From NCBI RefSeq assembly GCF_009914755.1, contig NC_060947.1: DNA of 64,000 bases. One strand, given 5' to 3'. Positions within the stretch are counted from its first letter, which is position 1. Each line of letters begins with the position of its first letter. This DNA is from the human T2T-CHM13v2.0 reference genome, Homo sapiens. This document shows, one piece after another, positions 1-16,838 of the stretch. The translations under genes and the position numbers were made by a program. The notes beneath the pieces are model-generated. The model was not told where the DNA came from. It saw only the letters and a list, made by a program, of their open reading frames with translations, and did no database searches.

Positions 1-1059
1 CCACTGCATGGCCAGTACAATCACTTAGCAATCAGGTAAATGTGAAAGTAGAGATGTTTTAACATCTCGTTTTGACTTTAGTCTCCAGAAACCATCAAAG
101 TGAAACATCATTTTGGAAATTCAGAAATAACAGCTTTTACAAAGACAGAAATGCAGCAGGCAAAAAGGGATATCAGATAGAACTGTGTCAAATACGGTGA
201 TGGGATGACCATTTTGTACAACTCTCTATGTAACCTGAGATGAGCAAACAAGAGGTTGCTCTCCAAAGGCACTCATCACTACTACTGTGTGTGAGAGTGT
301 GTGCACACATGCATGTGCATGTGTGTATATTGAAGAGATTGATAGTCAAGCTAGAAACTTGACCCTCTATTGTTTCTAATATCTCACAAAGCTTTAACTT
401 TGGTCTTATCTTCCTTTTTTCCTTCAAGAAAAGTTCTAGTCTCCATGTTGAAGAAGCAAAACCAAATATACAATAAAACCTGCAATTAATTTGTAAATCA
501 TGACCTTATTCAATTTTTAGTCTCACTCACCCACTCCCATCATCATTCTAGAGAGCCTTCCTTGACAGTCTAAAGATAAGCTGTCCGTTGTAAGATCAGC
601 CCTAAGAATAATGCTAATATTTGACAATGATCAGTTTATGAAATAAATATGAGGGCTTGAAAAGTAAGATGACATTTTCACTAAATTCATTTTCTTCATT
701 GGATTGTACTTTAGTAGGCACATTCTAGCAATTGTGAAGTCCCATAACCTATCCTGCACCCCTAAACACTATTGGAAGTTCATGAAAGAAAAGGTTGACT
801 AATATTTTCAGAGAATTTATCTATAAAATCAACACCAAGTGACTCAGAGCACAAATATGCAAAGAAACCTCAGGAAAACAAGATGTATTTGGGAGCAGCC
901 ACTCTTTCTAATAAACTAACTGAAAGTATTAACAAGTTAAAAACAGTAGGATGATCAGAAAGCGGAGTTGTCAATCATGCAATGACAGAAAAAGGAATAA
1001 CCAAGGCCAAAATTGGTAGCATCCAGGCAGTATGTCCAGGCCAGAGTGTGCTCTTGCTC

Positions 1060-1170
1060 ACGAACTTTACCTACCAATATAGCAGAGTCTACTGTTCCCA
1101 GAACTGGGCCTGGGACATATTAGGTCCTCAATAATAATTTGTTAACTAAATGAGTTAATTAATGAATACG
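1060..1170 (+). mobile_element. L2 3' end fragment
   Basis: cctgggacatattaggtcctcaataataatttgttaactaaatgag resembles the L2 terminus. Confidence 0.55.
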
Positions 1171-2074
1171 TGACTAAAAGGTCTCAATGCCATGGCCTCT
1201 GTGGACACAGATGCATTACCAAGCCATCGAATATTAGGATCATATATCTAATTCTTCCAGATCTGGCTCTTCTGACATCATTTGGCATATAAATGATGAG
1301 AGGACCCCAGTGTCCCCAATCCCACTGTAAATGGTGACACTAGCATTCTAATTTTAAATGTCAGTCTCTGACTCCAGTTCTTGTGGAGTAGTGACAAAAC
1401 AGGCTTCTTAGTCAGGAGGCCTGAGTTAGACCTTGGACACTGGCAAATTCAGGAAGATAATAGTACTGGGGGTGGAGAAAGGGTTCTGGATGTCAATGAG
1501 CTTTCTCCAGGTGACATTATTTTATCTGATCATGTGTCCTTTTTATATTTCTACCACTGCACTTTCTATAAAATCAACACCAATACCCAAGAGTCCACTA
1601 TGTTCCCTTATGCAACCAATTATTTTCTTGAATCTTATCTTGAAGGACAATTTTCCCTGGTTATGATCCATGCCTCTTGAGATTTCAGTTTAGTATCAAA
1701 AGGTCCTCCATGTGGCCTTCCTCAGCTATCAATGGGTTCTCTTCATTATGGTTCCAAGCATTTCTTCATCAAATTTGGAATGTTAGTACTAATAAAATAG
1801 AGCATTCTTTAGGTTGCTTTTTTAAGTGTTTGAATAGGTGAAAAGATTCACACCATTGTCTCCCTGACCTTGAGGGAACACTGTCCCACATAATTCTTCA
1901 ACCATGATTAAGAAAAGAAGGGTCTACTAACTGGTTCACAATAGTCATCAAAAGCTCACTGTGTGCCAAGTTCTATGCCTTGTGAGGTCATCAGAAAATA
2001 AATAATGTGCATCGGCAATACTGAAGGCTACTGACAGATGAGTCTACTGTTTACAATTGTATATGAAGGAGAGG

Positions 2075-2290
2075 GGAGAGTTCTGGATTGGAAGTCCAGC
2101 TCTGCAATTATATGCTGTGTGATTGTGCACACGTCACTTAAGTTCCCTGAGCCTCCATCTTTTAACTTACAAAATGGGAAAAGATCTTTTCCCTACCTTC
2201 ACTCACAAGGCTGAATGGAAGATCAAATGAACTAATGGATGTGAAAGTGCTTTGTAAATTTTAAAGTGCTATCCACAGATGACTCACTAC
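2075..2290 (+). mobile_element. MIR SINE
   Basis: MIR core gtcacttaagttccctgagcctccatcttttaacttacaaaatggg...gatcaaatgaactaatggatgtgaaagtgctttg. Confidence 0.75.
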
Positions 2291-2295
2291 TGCTA

Positions 2296-2355
2296 TCATC
2301 ATCATCACCACCATTATCATCATCATCACTATCATCATCATCATCATCATCATCA
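2296..2355. repeat. (CAT)n imperfect trinucleotide microsatellite
   Basis: Directly visible tcatcatcatc run at the MIR end. Confidence 0.9.
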
Positions 2356-4540
2356 ATCTATTATTGTTAAGCAGAGAAGGTACTATTGGATGATTGAATG
2401 CTAACTTAAGCTTCTAACTCCTCTGGACAAAGCCACTCACAGTACTGCAGCCAATGCTATTGCCTCTCTGGGTAACACCATGGTTGCTACTTACAAAGCA
2501 TTCTTCCACAGAGCAAAAGGGATCACATGCTTTGACACCTGAATTGCTGGGTATCAAATCTCTCCCATTATCTTTCCAAGGAACACAATGTGTTGCAGCT
2601 GGAAAGAGACAGTTTGACTTGAAGCCAAATCAAGTCTTCTAGTTGCTGGAAGTGGCTCTTCCGTAGGTGAATTTTGTGAAGATATGGTACTGTGTTCCTT
2701 ACCCACCCTCCACCCCATTTAAATGGATCTGAATTAGACTGCACATTCAACAAACTCTTCTGTCACTTTTTGTCAAAGATTTCTCTTTGAGTTCCTTGAA
2801 ATATCTATTAAAAACTTAGCCTAAAGCAATATCTTTTGAATACCCAGCTCACTAATTCAGGTACTGCAGCACTGTGAGCATACACCACCAGTCTGCAAAT
2901 GGATAAACTACTCAAAAGATATTTTCCACCCCTTAAATATAGTTCCAAGAAAGAATAGGAAATGCCTCATACCTCTAATGGAAGCTATTTGCTACAAAAA
3001 CAAATCATTCAGGTCCGTGGAACTAGAAATGCCTTTTGCGCATAAAACTGAAAGGAAGAGACAGCAAAACAGCAGATGAAGACATGAAGTCATCACTCAC
3101 AAAGCACATGATTCAAATAAAAATAAAATACTCATTGGAAAAATGGGCTACCCACACACACAACATCATGGCTGAGCCACAGCAGTTGTCAGTTTATGTA
3201 TAAAAGAAAAAAACCAACATTTTGTATGAATTTCAGAGAAAATAAACTATTTGTCTCTTGTTAGTGGCTAATGTAAATATCAGAGCAAATAGCATTTTTG
3301 GTTCCAATAAAAATGTAGAACTTTTCAAAATGCTCATACATAAATCCTGACATCAAAATGTACATATCTTAAGATGTTGGAACATGAGCACCAAATGATG
3401 TGCTTAATACATTTGTTCTTTCTTGAAGAGATGAGGTATAATTGTATGCAATCATCTTGTAGCTAGGAATTTATTAAGAACTCTGAACTATAAGTACTAA
3501 ATCAAACTAAATAGTCTCTTATCCTATTTTTCTCTCTCATACTTGTCATTCCTTCCTGAAGTTCTCATTACAACTACATAATTCTACCCCTTATAACCCA
3601 TAGGTTTTCTTCAGAAAAGGAGGATAGCTTCCCCCACTCCTTTCCCTCAGAACAACAGTTTTCTCCCCACAAATGCTCATGGGGTGAGACCCACAGACAT
3701 AATTTCAATGAACAACAATACCTTATTGGGTAAAAGAACTAGTTTATTGCTGCTTTACTTTTTGCAAATAGTTATCCTGTCTTTAAAATTTGCTATTGTT
3801 GTCCCTTGAGAAAAGACAACTTGTTCTAAGAGAAAGGTTAATGGAAAAATATGAACTACATTGTGATGTTAAATACAGATTATTTTTCCAAAGCTAAAAA
3901 TCACAGTCCTCCTTCATTCAGTCCTAAAGAAGACATAACATTGCTCTCTAATGGGCTGTTCACAAATGACAATTATTGAATGAATAATAAAGGAATAATA
4001 GCAATGTGATTTCCACTTACATCAACCACAAAAATCTTCTGGGAATCATCCAAAAACTGCACTTTTAAATGTAGCATTCTCAGCGAGGCCGTTGGGCTGC
4101 AAGCAGGCTCAGAGTGCTGTGGGTGCTTTCTCCAGGAATTTCACTCCCAGCTGGATGTGGTGCACTCGGGCCCCCCCACCCCCAGCCAGGCATTCCCACT
4201 GTCAGCGGGGCACACTTCCGTTTGCTTGAAGTAATGCACACCCAAGGGCATTTGTGCTGCCAAGTGCAGGGGATCAATAGCATCTGGGCAGTCTCCTGTT
4301 TGGTCAATATCAAATCTAACTGGACTTCCTCTAGCCTTCTTAAACTCAGCTCCTTTCTTCAAAGAAAAATATAAAGAAAGCAAGCATTTGTGGTCCCTGG
4401 GGATTTTCTTTATTTCACAAGGGCACAATTTGAAAACCCTAGATCAAGCTTTAATAAACTGAGAATAGCCATTCTCAAAAGTAAAAAGATTCAAGTTAAT
4501 CTCAAATTGTACTAGAAATTTCATGGCCAAGCTAGGAAGC

Positions 4541-4594
<54 letters not shown>
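4541..4594. repeat. (ATCT)13 tetranucleotide STR
   Basis: 13 perfect ATCT units, 4541-4592. Confidence 0.97.
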
Positions 4595-4608
4595 GCTTAT
4601 ATATATCT

Positions 4609-4695
4609 ATATATAATTATATAGATATAATATATCCATATATAATTATATAGATATAATATATCCATATATAATTATATAGATATAATATATCC
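4609..4695. repeat. 29-bp AT-rich minisatellite, 3 copies
   Basis: atatataattatatagatataatatatcc x3, period 29. Confidence 0.93.
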
Positions 4696-4871
4696 ATATA
4701 ATTGCTATTATATAGAAACATATATAATATAAAATTATGCATAATTTTAATTATCTGAATTCACATGATTTAGAAATAAAAACTATATAAAAAGGTATAT
4801 AGAAAACTTCACTTCCACTCCTGTTCCCTCTTTTCTGTGTTCCCAATACACCCCTATTGGTAACCAATTTT

Positions 4872-7622
4872 TTTTCTTTCTATTCCCATAGAATTTATGT
4901 GCTTACATCTATAAAGAAATGAAACAAGGAATACAACTAAGGTCGAACCCCATCTCAGCTGTAAATAACATTCATGTATTCTTGGATAAATGAACTAATT
5001 AGGATAAAGAACGTTCTAATAAAACAGTCATCAAAGAATTACATTAATATCATTTTCATTATATAACAATAATTACGATGACATTTATTCTGGACTGAGA
5101 TAACACTTAAGGCAAGAACTAAGAAAACTTACCTCCATTTGTATTTTTTGTTGACAAGAAGATAATGGGTGAATGATTAAAAGATGCCAAGCACAGTAGA
5201 TTACATTACGATAGGATTCTTGGCTGAAAGTGGTATGAAAATATAGAAGAAGAAAAGCCAATTTAAAATGTTCAACTACTAAAGAACTAGCTCGTTTATT
5301 TTTATAAATGAATAAAGGGTGTCAAATTGTTGTGATATTTAAATTGTACCGGATATGTTTAAAATAGTGATGTAACAGTTTTTATTTTAAAATACCAATA
5401 TTTATATGACACCAGCAAACACATACTTTGTCAAGTATTTAACTTCCCATGAAAAATTTTAGATGTCAACTTAGATGGGTGAGGGGACACATGATTTTTC
5501 AAAATACTTTTGGGGGTCACATGAGCAGAATACTTTGTGGACCACTGCTTTAAAACACTATTTCTCTAAGTACGGTTGAGGGACCAACTTACAGAATCAC
5601 CTGGGAAGGGTGGCTGACTTTTTAAAAATGCCGATACCTGAACCCCATCCCCAAATTGGGTTGTTAGGTTTGGGGTGGACCCCAAATAGATCAATTTTCA
5701 ACATGCACTCCAAGTGGCTCTCATGCAAACCATTTAAGAAGCACTACTTAAAAAATAAAAACTAGCATTTTACAGTATTATAGCCATGGCTGAAGAGGGA
5801 AACAACCTCACATACATACCTGGACTGAGGATAGAATTGAAATAAAAGCTAAACAAGAGCCGGAGCTCTCAAAATAGCAGCACCCGTGGAGGAGGCTAGA
5901 AATAGGAAAAGGTCACCAGGGAAGGAAGGCACTTTTCCTGGAATTCCTAGTACAATCAAAGAATAGAATGGGAATGGAAGGGCTTAGGCAGGCTAAGCCC
6001 ACTGTGGGCTTTCCACTGTGGTTGCACTTTGGGAGAAAACAGAAGAAAGTCCTTTCCCATCTTGAACCAGCCTGAGGAAAGCCCGTGTTTAGGAGGGTCG
6101 ACCGTCACACCAAAACAAAACATGCCCTAACAGAAGCTGATTGCAAAGCAGGTGACAGAGAACACTTTGGGAAGCACTGCTGGAGGCTGGCAGAGGGGTA
6201 GTTGCCATGAAAATGCCCTTGAGAGCCTCTGAGAACACTGTTGGGATGGTTGAGGCACCTGTTCCCTTTTGGTCCCACCGGTGGCCTAAAATGTGGTCTC
6301 GGAGTACTTGTCGTCTGCCTGCTCACTGGGTGGAGCTTGCCAGCATCTGTTCTTTCTTCCTAGGATCACAGAAGAACTGCAGCTTCCTGGGGAGCAGTTT
6401 CACTTCCACAGGCATCGCTTCATACTCCTCACTGTCAATGCTAAAAGAGCTCCCTGCTCCCTTGGGGACAAGCAAAGTGTACTGGCTGGCTTGGAGACAC
6501 TCCATGCCCTCAGTGTCCAGCTTGGCTTTTCTCACCTTTAGGCTTCCTATAGTTATAAAGCCTCCTTTGCTGACGGTGTCGGCTTCAATGCAGATGTTCA
6601 TAAAATCTTTGCATGTTCGGTCAAGCTGATTGTTCCGTGTTGTGATGGACAGTTCAATGGTGGACAACTGCACATCTTTCCAGACCTCTCGGCTCACCTC
6701 TTGGGAAAGGGCATCCTGTGGTTGTGCCCAGTAAGATGCAAGCCTCCGTAATATTCTCCTGTACAAAGAAGGCCTTCGTACAGGGGTCTCCTCTGGTTCA
6801 TTGGCAGGTCTCTCTGTAGGTCCTGTATACAAGATAGAAGTTTCATGAGTCTGAGGCCACTCCTTAAGAGTGCTGAAAAAGTGGGCTGCTTTGATTTTTA
6901 GAGACCCAAGATATCAGTACCTGCTAACTTTGATGCCAGCATCTCTGAGGGATCCCCACCAAAGGCCAGTCATTGCAAACACAGGCTGTTCCTTTTCACC
7001 CTTGATCTGCAAGACGTCAAATGGAACTGTCTCTCTGTTCACAATGGCAAGTGTAGCATCAGTAATATGTTGGACTCTGTTTCCACTTTCAGTAAAGAGG
7101 TTATGATTCAAACTACTGGTCTGTCCCAGTGGGATAAATCCAATGGGAATCTTACTGAAGGTAGCCTCATCTGTTCATCGAAGAACTCCAGTAACAACCT
7201 CCTGCAGTGTCCCATCTCCTCCTGTAACAATGATCACATATGTGTTTTCTATCAGTTCCAGGAATTTCTTGGCTTGTCCCTCATAATCTGTCTTAACACT
7301 AGTCACACCTATGCTGGGATAAATGTAAAATCGGGGCAGCATTTTTTTCAAATAGAATCCTGGCTTTGCCTTTGCAAGCTGCAGGATTGAGAAAAACAGT
7401 TTCCTTCTTCACTTGTGCATTGGGAGGAATGAGTTGATTGCCAAACACCTGAGCTTCTTCACAGGCTGCTCTCCTTAGTAGGTTATCACAGTGTTTTCCA
7501 TAGAGCCACTGGCCTCCCCAGGTCAGCAGGAAGAGCCCAGCTGTAGTTTTCTTCCAATGATTTTGAAGTGTTTTAAAGAACACCGTCATCTTCTAGAGAT
7601 TTGCATGGCTGGTCCCACTCAA
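4872..7622 (-). pseudogene. AGK: Processed pseudogene of acylglycerol kinase (parent gene AGK): short 5'UTR, intronless disrupted CDS 7589-6323, ~1.45 kb 3'UTR, A-tail remnant
   Basis: ORF pieces [18 protein letters not shown]...[17 protein letters not shown] motif, [11 protein letters not shown]...[11 protein letters not shown] and YTGPTERP...VEVKLLPRKLQFFCDPRK are collinear with AGK with no introns. Lesions: frameshift ~7310, TGA at 7175-7177 and 6914-6916. T-tract at 4868-4875 and probable TSD taacca(a/c)tttt at 4861-4871 / 7623-7633. The 3' boundary rests on the tail and TSD. Confidence 0.95.
5570..5748. mobile_element. MER5A-like hAT fragment inside the retrocopied 3'UTR
   Basis: agaatcacctggg...tttttaaaaatgccgatacctgaacccc...catttaagaagcact resembles MER5A. 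Confidence 0.5.
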
Positions 7623-8044
7623 TAACCACTTTTATTAGCGTTTTGTTGTAGTTGTTCAGCCTTCAGTGTTTCCTTATGCAAATTTTATACAAGCAAATAC
7701 AAATATATATATATATCCTATGTAGGTAGCATACTAGTATTACACTGTTTTGTGCATTCTTTTTCCTCATTTATCATGGAGATCTGCCCTTACCTGTGCA
7801 TGGAGAACTTCCTCATTTCTTTTCACAGCTGCATAATTTTGCACTGTGTAGACAAACCAAAGTTCACTCAGCCAGTCTGAAATTAATATTTCAGCCTCAA
7901 CAAGACTGAAATGAATATCTTCATACATATGTCAATTTATATGTGTGCAGATATATCTGTAGGATAGATTTCCAGAAGTAGAGTTGCTGGTCAAGGATAA
8001 TGAATTGGTAGTCATGATAGCTATATTTCCTTCCATAAGGGTTA

Positions 8045-8430
8045 GTATGGGTTGAATTGTGACCCATAAAATTCATACATTGAAGTCCTGAGCCCTAGTA
8101 ACTCAGAATGTGACTGCATTAGGAGAGAGGGTCTCTAAAGAAGTAATTAAGTTGAAATGAGGTCATTAGGGTGGGTCGTAATCCAGTTTGACTGGTGTCC
8201 TTATTAAAAGAGAGTAGGACACAGACATGTAGAGAGGGAAGACAACATGAAGACACATAGAGGAGAAGATGTACATCTATGAGCCATGGAGAGAGGTGTC
8301 AGAAGAAACCAGTCCTGCCAACACCTTGATCTCAGACTTCTAGCCTGCAGAATGGTGAGAAAATAACTTTCTGTTGTTTAAGCCACCCGGTCTGTGATAT
8401 TTCATATGGCAGCCCTACCAAACTAATAAA
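8045..8430 (+). mobile_element. MLT1B-like solo LTR (ERVL-MaLR)
   Basis: tatgggttgaattgtg...ctcagaatgtgactg...gaggtcattagggtggg...ttaagccacccggtctgtgatatttcatatggcagccctaccaaactaata. Confidence 0.85.
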
Positions 8431-8535
8431 GGTTGTGCTACATTGCAGTCCCATTAGTAATATATGAGAGTGACTGTTTTCTATACAGGCTTGACAGTGG
8501 AGTATCGAACTTTTGAATGTTTACCAAACTGATAG

Positions 8536-9044
<509 letters not shown>

Positions 9045-9268
9045 TAGCCCAGCATGAGCGACGCAGAAGACGGATGATTTCTGCATTTCCATCTGAGGTA
9101 CCGGGTTCATCTCACTAGGGAGTGCCAGACAGTGGGCGCAGGTCAGTGGGTGTGTGCACCGTGTGCGAGCCGAAGCAGGGCGAGGCATTGCCTCACTCGG
9201 GAAGCACAAGGGATCAGGGAGTTCCCTTTCCTAGTCAAAGAAAGTGGTGACAGACGGCACCTGGAAAA

Positions 9269-9451
9269 TCAGGTCACTCCCACCCGAATACTGCGCTTTT
9301 CTGACTGGCTTAAAAAACTGCACACCAGGAGATTATATCCTGCACCTGGCTCAGAGGGTCCTACGCCCACGGAGTCTCGCTGATTGCTAGCACAGCAGTC
9401 TGAGATCAAACTGCAAGGCGGCAGCGAGGCTGGGGGAGGGGTGCCCGCCAT
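9269..9451 (-). pseudogene. L1 ORF0 of L1-A, truncated at 60 aa
   Basis: MAGTPPPASLPPCSLISDCCASNQRDSVGVGPSEPG...IRVGVT then TGA. Confidence 0.8.
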
Positions 9452-9899
9452 TGCCCAGGCTTGATTAGGTAAACAAAGCAGCCGGGAAGCTCCAACTGGG
9501 TGGAGCCCACCACAGCTCAAGGAGGCCTGCCTGCCTCTGTAGGCTCCACCTCTGGGGGTAGGGCACAGACAAACAAAAAGACAGCAGTAACCTCTGCAGA
9601 CTTAAATGTCCCTGTATGACAGCTTTGAAGAGAGCAGTGGTTCTCCCAGCACACAGCTGCAGATCTGAGATCGGGCAGACTGCCTCCTCAAGTGGGTCCT
9701 TGACCCCCGAGCAGCCTAACTGGGAGGCACCCCCCACCAGGGGCACACTGACACCTCACACAGCAGGGTACTCCAACAGACCTGCAGCTGAGGGTCCTGT
9801 CTGTTAGAAGGAAAACTAACAAACAGAAAGGACATCCACACCAAAAACCCATCTGTACATCACCATCATCAAAGACCAAAAGTAGATAAAACCACAAAG

Positions 9900-10888
9900 A
9901 TGGAGAAAAAACAGAGCAGAAAAACTGGAAACTCTAAAAAGCAGAGCGCCTCTCCTCCTCCAAAGGAACACAGTTCCTCACTAGCAACGGAACAAAGCTG
10001 GATGGAGAATGACTTTGACGAGCTGAGAGAAGAAGGCTTCAGATGATCACATTACTCCAAGCTACAGGAGGACATTCAAACCAAAGGCAAAGAAGTTGAA
10101 AACTTTGAAAAAAATTTAGAAGAATGTATAACTAGAATAACCAATACAGAGAAGTGCTTAAAGGAGCTGATGGAGCTGAAAACCAAGGCTCGAGAACTAC
10201 GTGAAGAATGCAGAAGCCTCAGGAGCCGATGCAATGAACTGGAAGAAAGGGTATCAGCGATGAAAGATGAAATGAATGAAATGAAGCGAGAAGGGAAGTT
10301 TAGAGAAAAAAGAATAAAAAGAAACGAGCAAAGCCTCCAAGAAATATGGGACTATGTGAAAAGACCAAATCTACGCCTGATTGGTGTAGCTGAAAGCGAC
10401 GGGGAGAATGGAAAACACTCTGCAGGATATTATCCAGGAGAACTTCCCCAATTTAGCAAGGCAGGACAACATTCAGATTCAGGAAATACAGAGAACACCA
10501 CAAAGATACTCCTTGAGAAGAGCAACACCAAGACACATAATTGTCAGATTCACCAAAGTTGAAATGAAGGAAAAAAGGTTAAAGGCAGCCAGAGAGAAAG
10601 GTCGGGTTACCCTCAAAGGGAAGCCCATCAGACTAACAGCAGATCTGTCGGCAGAAACTCTGCAAGCCAGAAGAGAGTGGGGGCCAATATTCAACATACT
10701 TAAAGAAAAGAGTTTTCAACCCAGAATTTCATATCCAGCCAAACTAAGCTTCATAAGTGAAGGAGAAATAAAACACTTTACAGACAAGCAAATGCTGAGA
10801 GATTTTGTCACCACCAGGCCTGCCCTAAAAAAGCTCCTGGTACTGGAACAACCAGTACCAGCCGCTGCAAAATCATGCCAAAATGTAA
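9900..10888 (+). pseudogene. L1 ORF1p, disrupted
   Basis: ATG at 9900, TGA at 10044-10046, frameshifting deletions near 10410 and 10841; ORF pieces MELKTKARELREE and MENTLQDIIQENFPNL. Confidence 0.93.
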
Positions 10889-10924
10889 AGACCATCTAGA
10901 CTAGGAAGAAACTGCATCAACTAA

Positions 10925-14779
<3,855 letters not shown>

Positions 14780-15048
14780 ACAATGAGAACACATGGACAT
14801 AGGAAGGGGAACGTCACACTCTGGGGACAGTTGTGGGGTGGGGGGAGAGGGGAGGGATAGCATTGGGAGATATACCTAATGCTAGATGACGAGTTGGTGA
14901 GTGCAGCACACCAGCATGGCACATGTATACATAGGTAACTAACCTGCACAATGTGCACATGTACCCTAAAACTTAAACTATAATAATAATAAATAAATAA
15001 ATAAATAAATAAATAAAATCAATTGTCCATAAAAAAAGATTTTGTATA

Positions 15049-16017
15049 AAGTTTAAAGAGTACAAGTGCAATTTTGTTATCTGGATATATATTGAGTACT
15101 GGTGAAGTCTATGCTTTTATTATGTCCATCACCCAAATAATGTACCCATTAAGAAATTAATTGTACTGGTTAAGTAATCTGTCACCATCTACCCCCTTCC
15201 CATCCTCTCACCTTTCTGAGTCTCCAGTATCTACCATTCCACCCTTTATGTCTGCATGTATACATTATTTAGCTTATAAGTGAGAACATGTGGTATTTGA
15301 CTTTCTGTTTCTGGGTTGTTTCACTTAAGATAATGGTTTCCAGTTCCATCCATGTTGCTGTAAGAGACACATTTCATTCTATTTTGTGGCCGAATAGTAC
15401 TCCACTGTGTACACATACCACATTTTCTTTATCCAGTCATCTGTTGATGAACATTTAGGTTGATTCCATATCTTTGCTATTGTGAATAGTGCTGCCATAA
15501 ACATATGAGTGCAGATATCTTTTTTAATATAATGATTTCTTTTCCTTGGGGGTACTCAGTAGTGGGATTGCTGGATTGAAGGGTAGTTCTATTTTTAGTT
15601 CTTTGAAAAATTTTCATACTGTTTTCCATAGTGGTTGTACTAATTTACATTCCCACCAACAATGGACGAGCACTCCCTTTTCTCTGCATCCTCACTGACA
15701 ACTGTTATTTTTTTGACTTTTTAATGATAGCTATTCTCATTAGTATAAGATGATATTTCTTTGTGGTTTTAACTTGCATTTCTATGATGATTAGTGATGC
15801 TGAGCTTTTTTTTCATATGCTTGTTGGCCATTTATATGTTTTCTTTTGAAAAATGTCTATTCACATCCTTTCCCCACTTTTTAATGTGGTTTTTTTTTTG
15901 TGAAATTGTCTGAGTTCCTTGTAAATTCTAAATATTAGTCCCATGTTGGCTGCATAGTTTGCAAATATTTTCTCCCATTCTGTAGGTTGTCTGTTCGTGC
16001 TGTCGATTATTTCTTTT
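15049..16017 (-). mobile_element. L1MA-type 3' fragment; L1-A inserted at its tail
   Basis: gtacaagtgcaattttgttatctggatatat...ggtgaagtct; ORF remnant NRQPTEWEKIFANY; T-rich tail at ~9015-9031. Confidence 0.8.
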
Positions 16018-16838
16018 TGGTCTCCCTTAAAAAATGGTTTATTGTCTTTTCTCACAGATTTCTAGAAACTTTTTAAAAATTAGGGAAATTAGTCTAGTCC
16101 TTTGTCTGTGATATATAAGTTACAAATATTTTCCCTATTTCTCCTTTGTCTTTTGACATTGCTTATGGTCTCATGGGATGTGTGTGTTTGTGTGCGCTCA
16201 CATGTGTTTGCCATGAGTTTTTCTTTTTTTGTGTAGCACAATTTGTCTATCATTTTTAAAAATGGCCTCTGGATTTTGAGTCGTAGTTAGGAAGACATTC
16301 ACTTTAAGGCTTTTTTTAGTGCTTTTATGGTTTTTTTTTTTTTTAAATTTAAATCTTTTATCTATTTGGGTTTTATCCTGACGTATGGCATGAGGTAGAG
16401 ATTCAATTTAATCTTTTTTAAATGGCTTCCCTCTTGTCCTAATGTTGATCAGAAAGCTTATTTCTACCTCCATTGATTTGAGAAGTTGCTTTTATCATAT
16501 ATTAAATCATCTTATGCACTTGGGTCTATTTTGGGATTTTTATTCTCTTCCAGTCATGCACAAATACCACACTGTTTTAATTTTTGAGGCGCTAGAGTAT
16601 GTTTTAGTATCCAGTAAGGCTGCTCCACACCCCATTACTCTTTCGTTTTCCAGAATTTTCCTGACTATTCTTGTTTACTTATTTTTCTGCATACACTTAT
16701 TCAGTTCCAGGAAACAAATGTTGGTGTATTTATTGAGATATGTTAAAATTATGAATTTGCTCAGGGATAACTGATATCTTCCTGACGGTGCCTATTTACG
16801 GGACATGCTATGTATGTTTATCTGTTCAGGTGTACTTT

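Noticed and set aside
4080-4428. Three overlapping 77-95 aa ORFs
   Set aside because: No recognisable homology or convincing exon structure; expected by chance in a GC-richer patch.
5995-6011. Inverted repeat aagcccac-t-gtgggctt
   Set aside because: Too short to be meaningful; lies in the retrocopied UTR with no RNA-gene context.
6323-7589. Functional AGK gene
   Set aside because: Intronless, one frameshift, two internal stops, A-tail and TSD.
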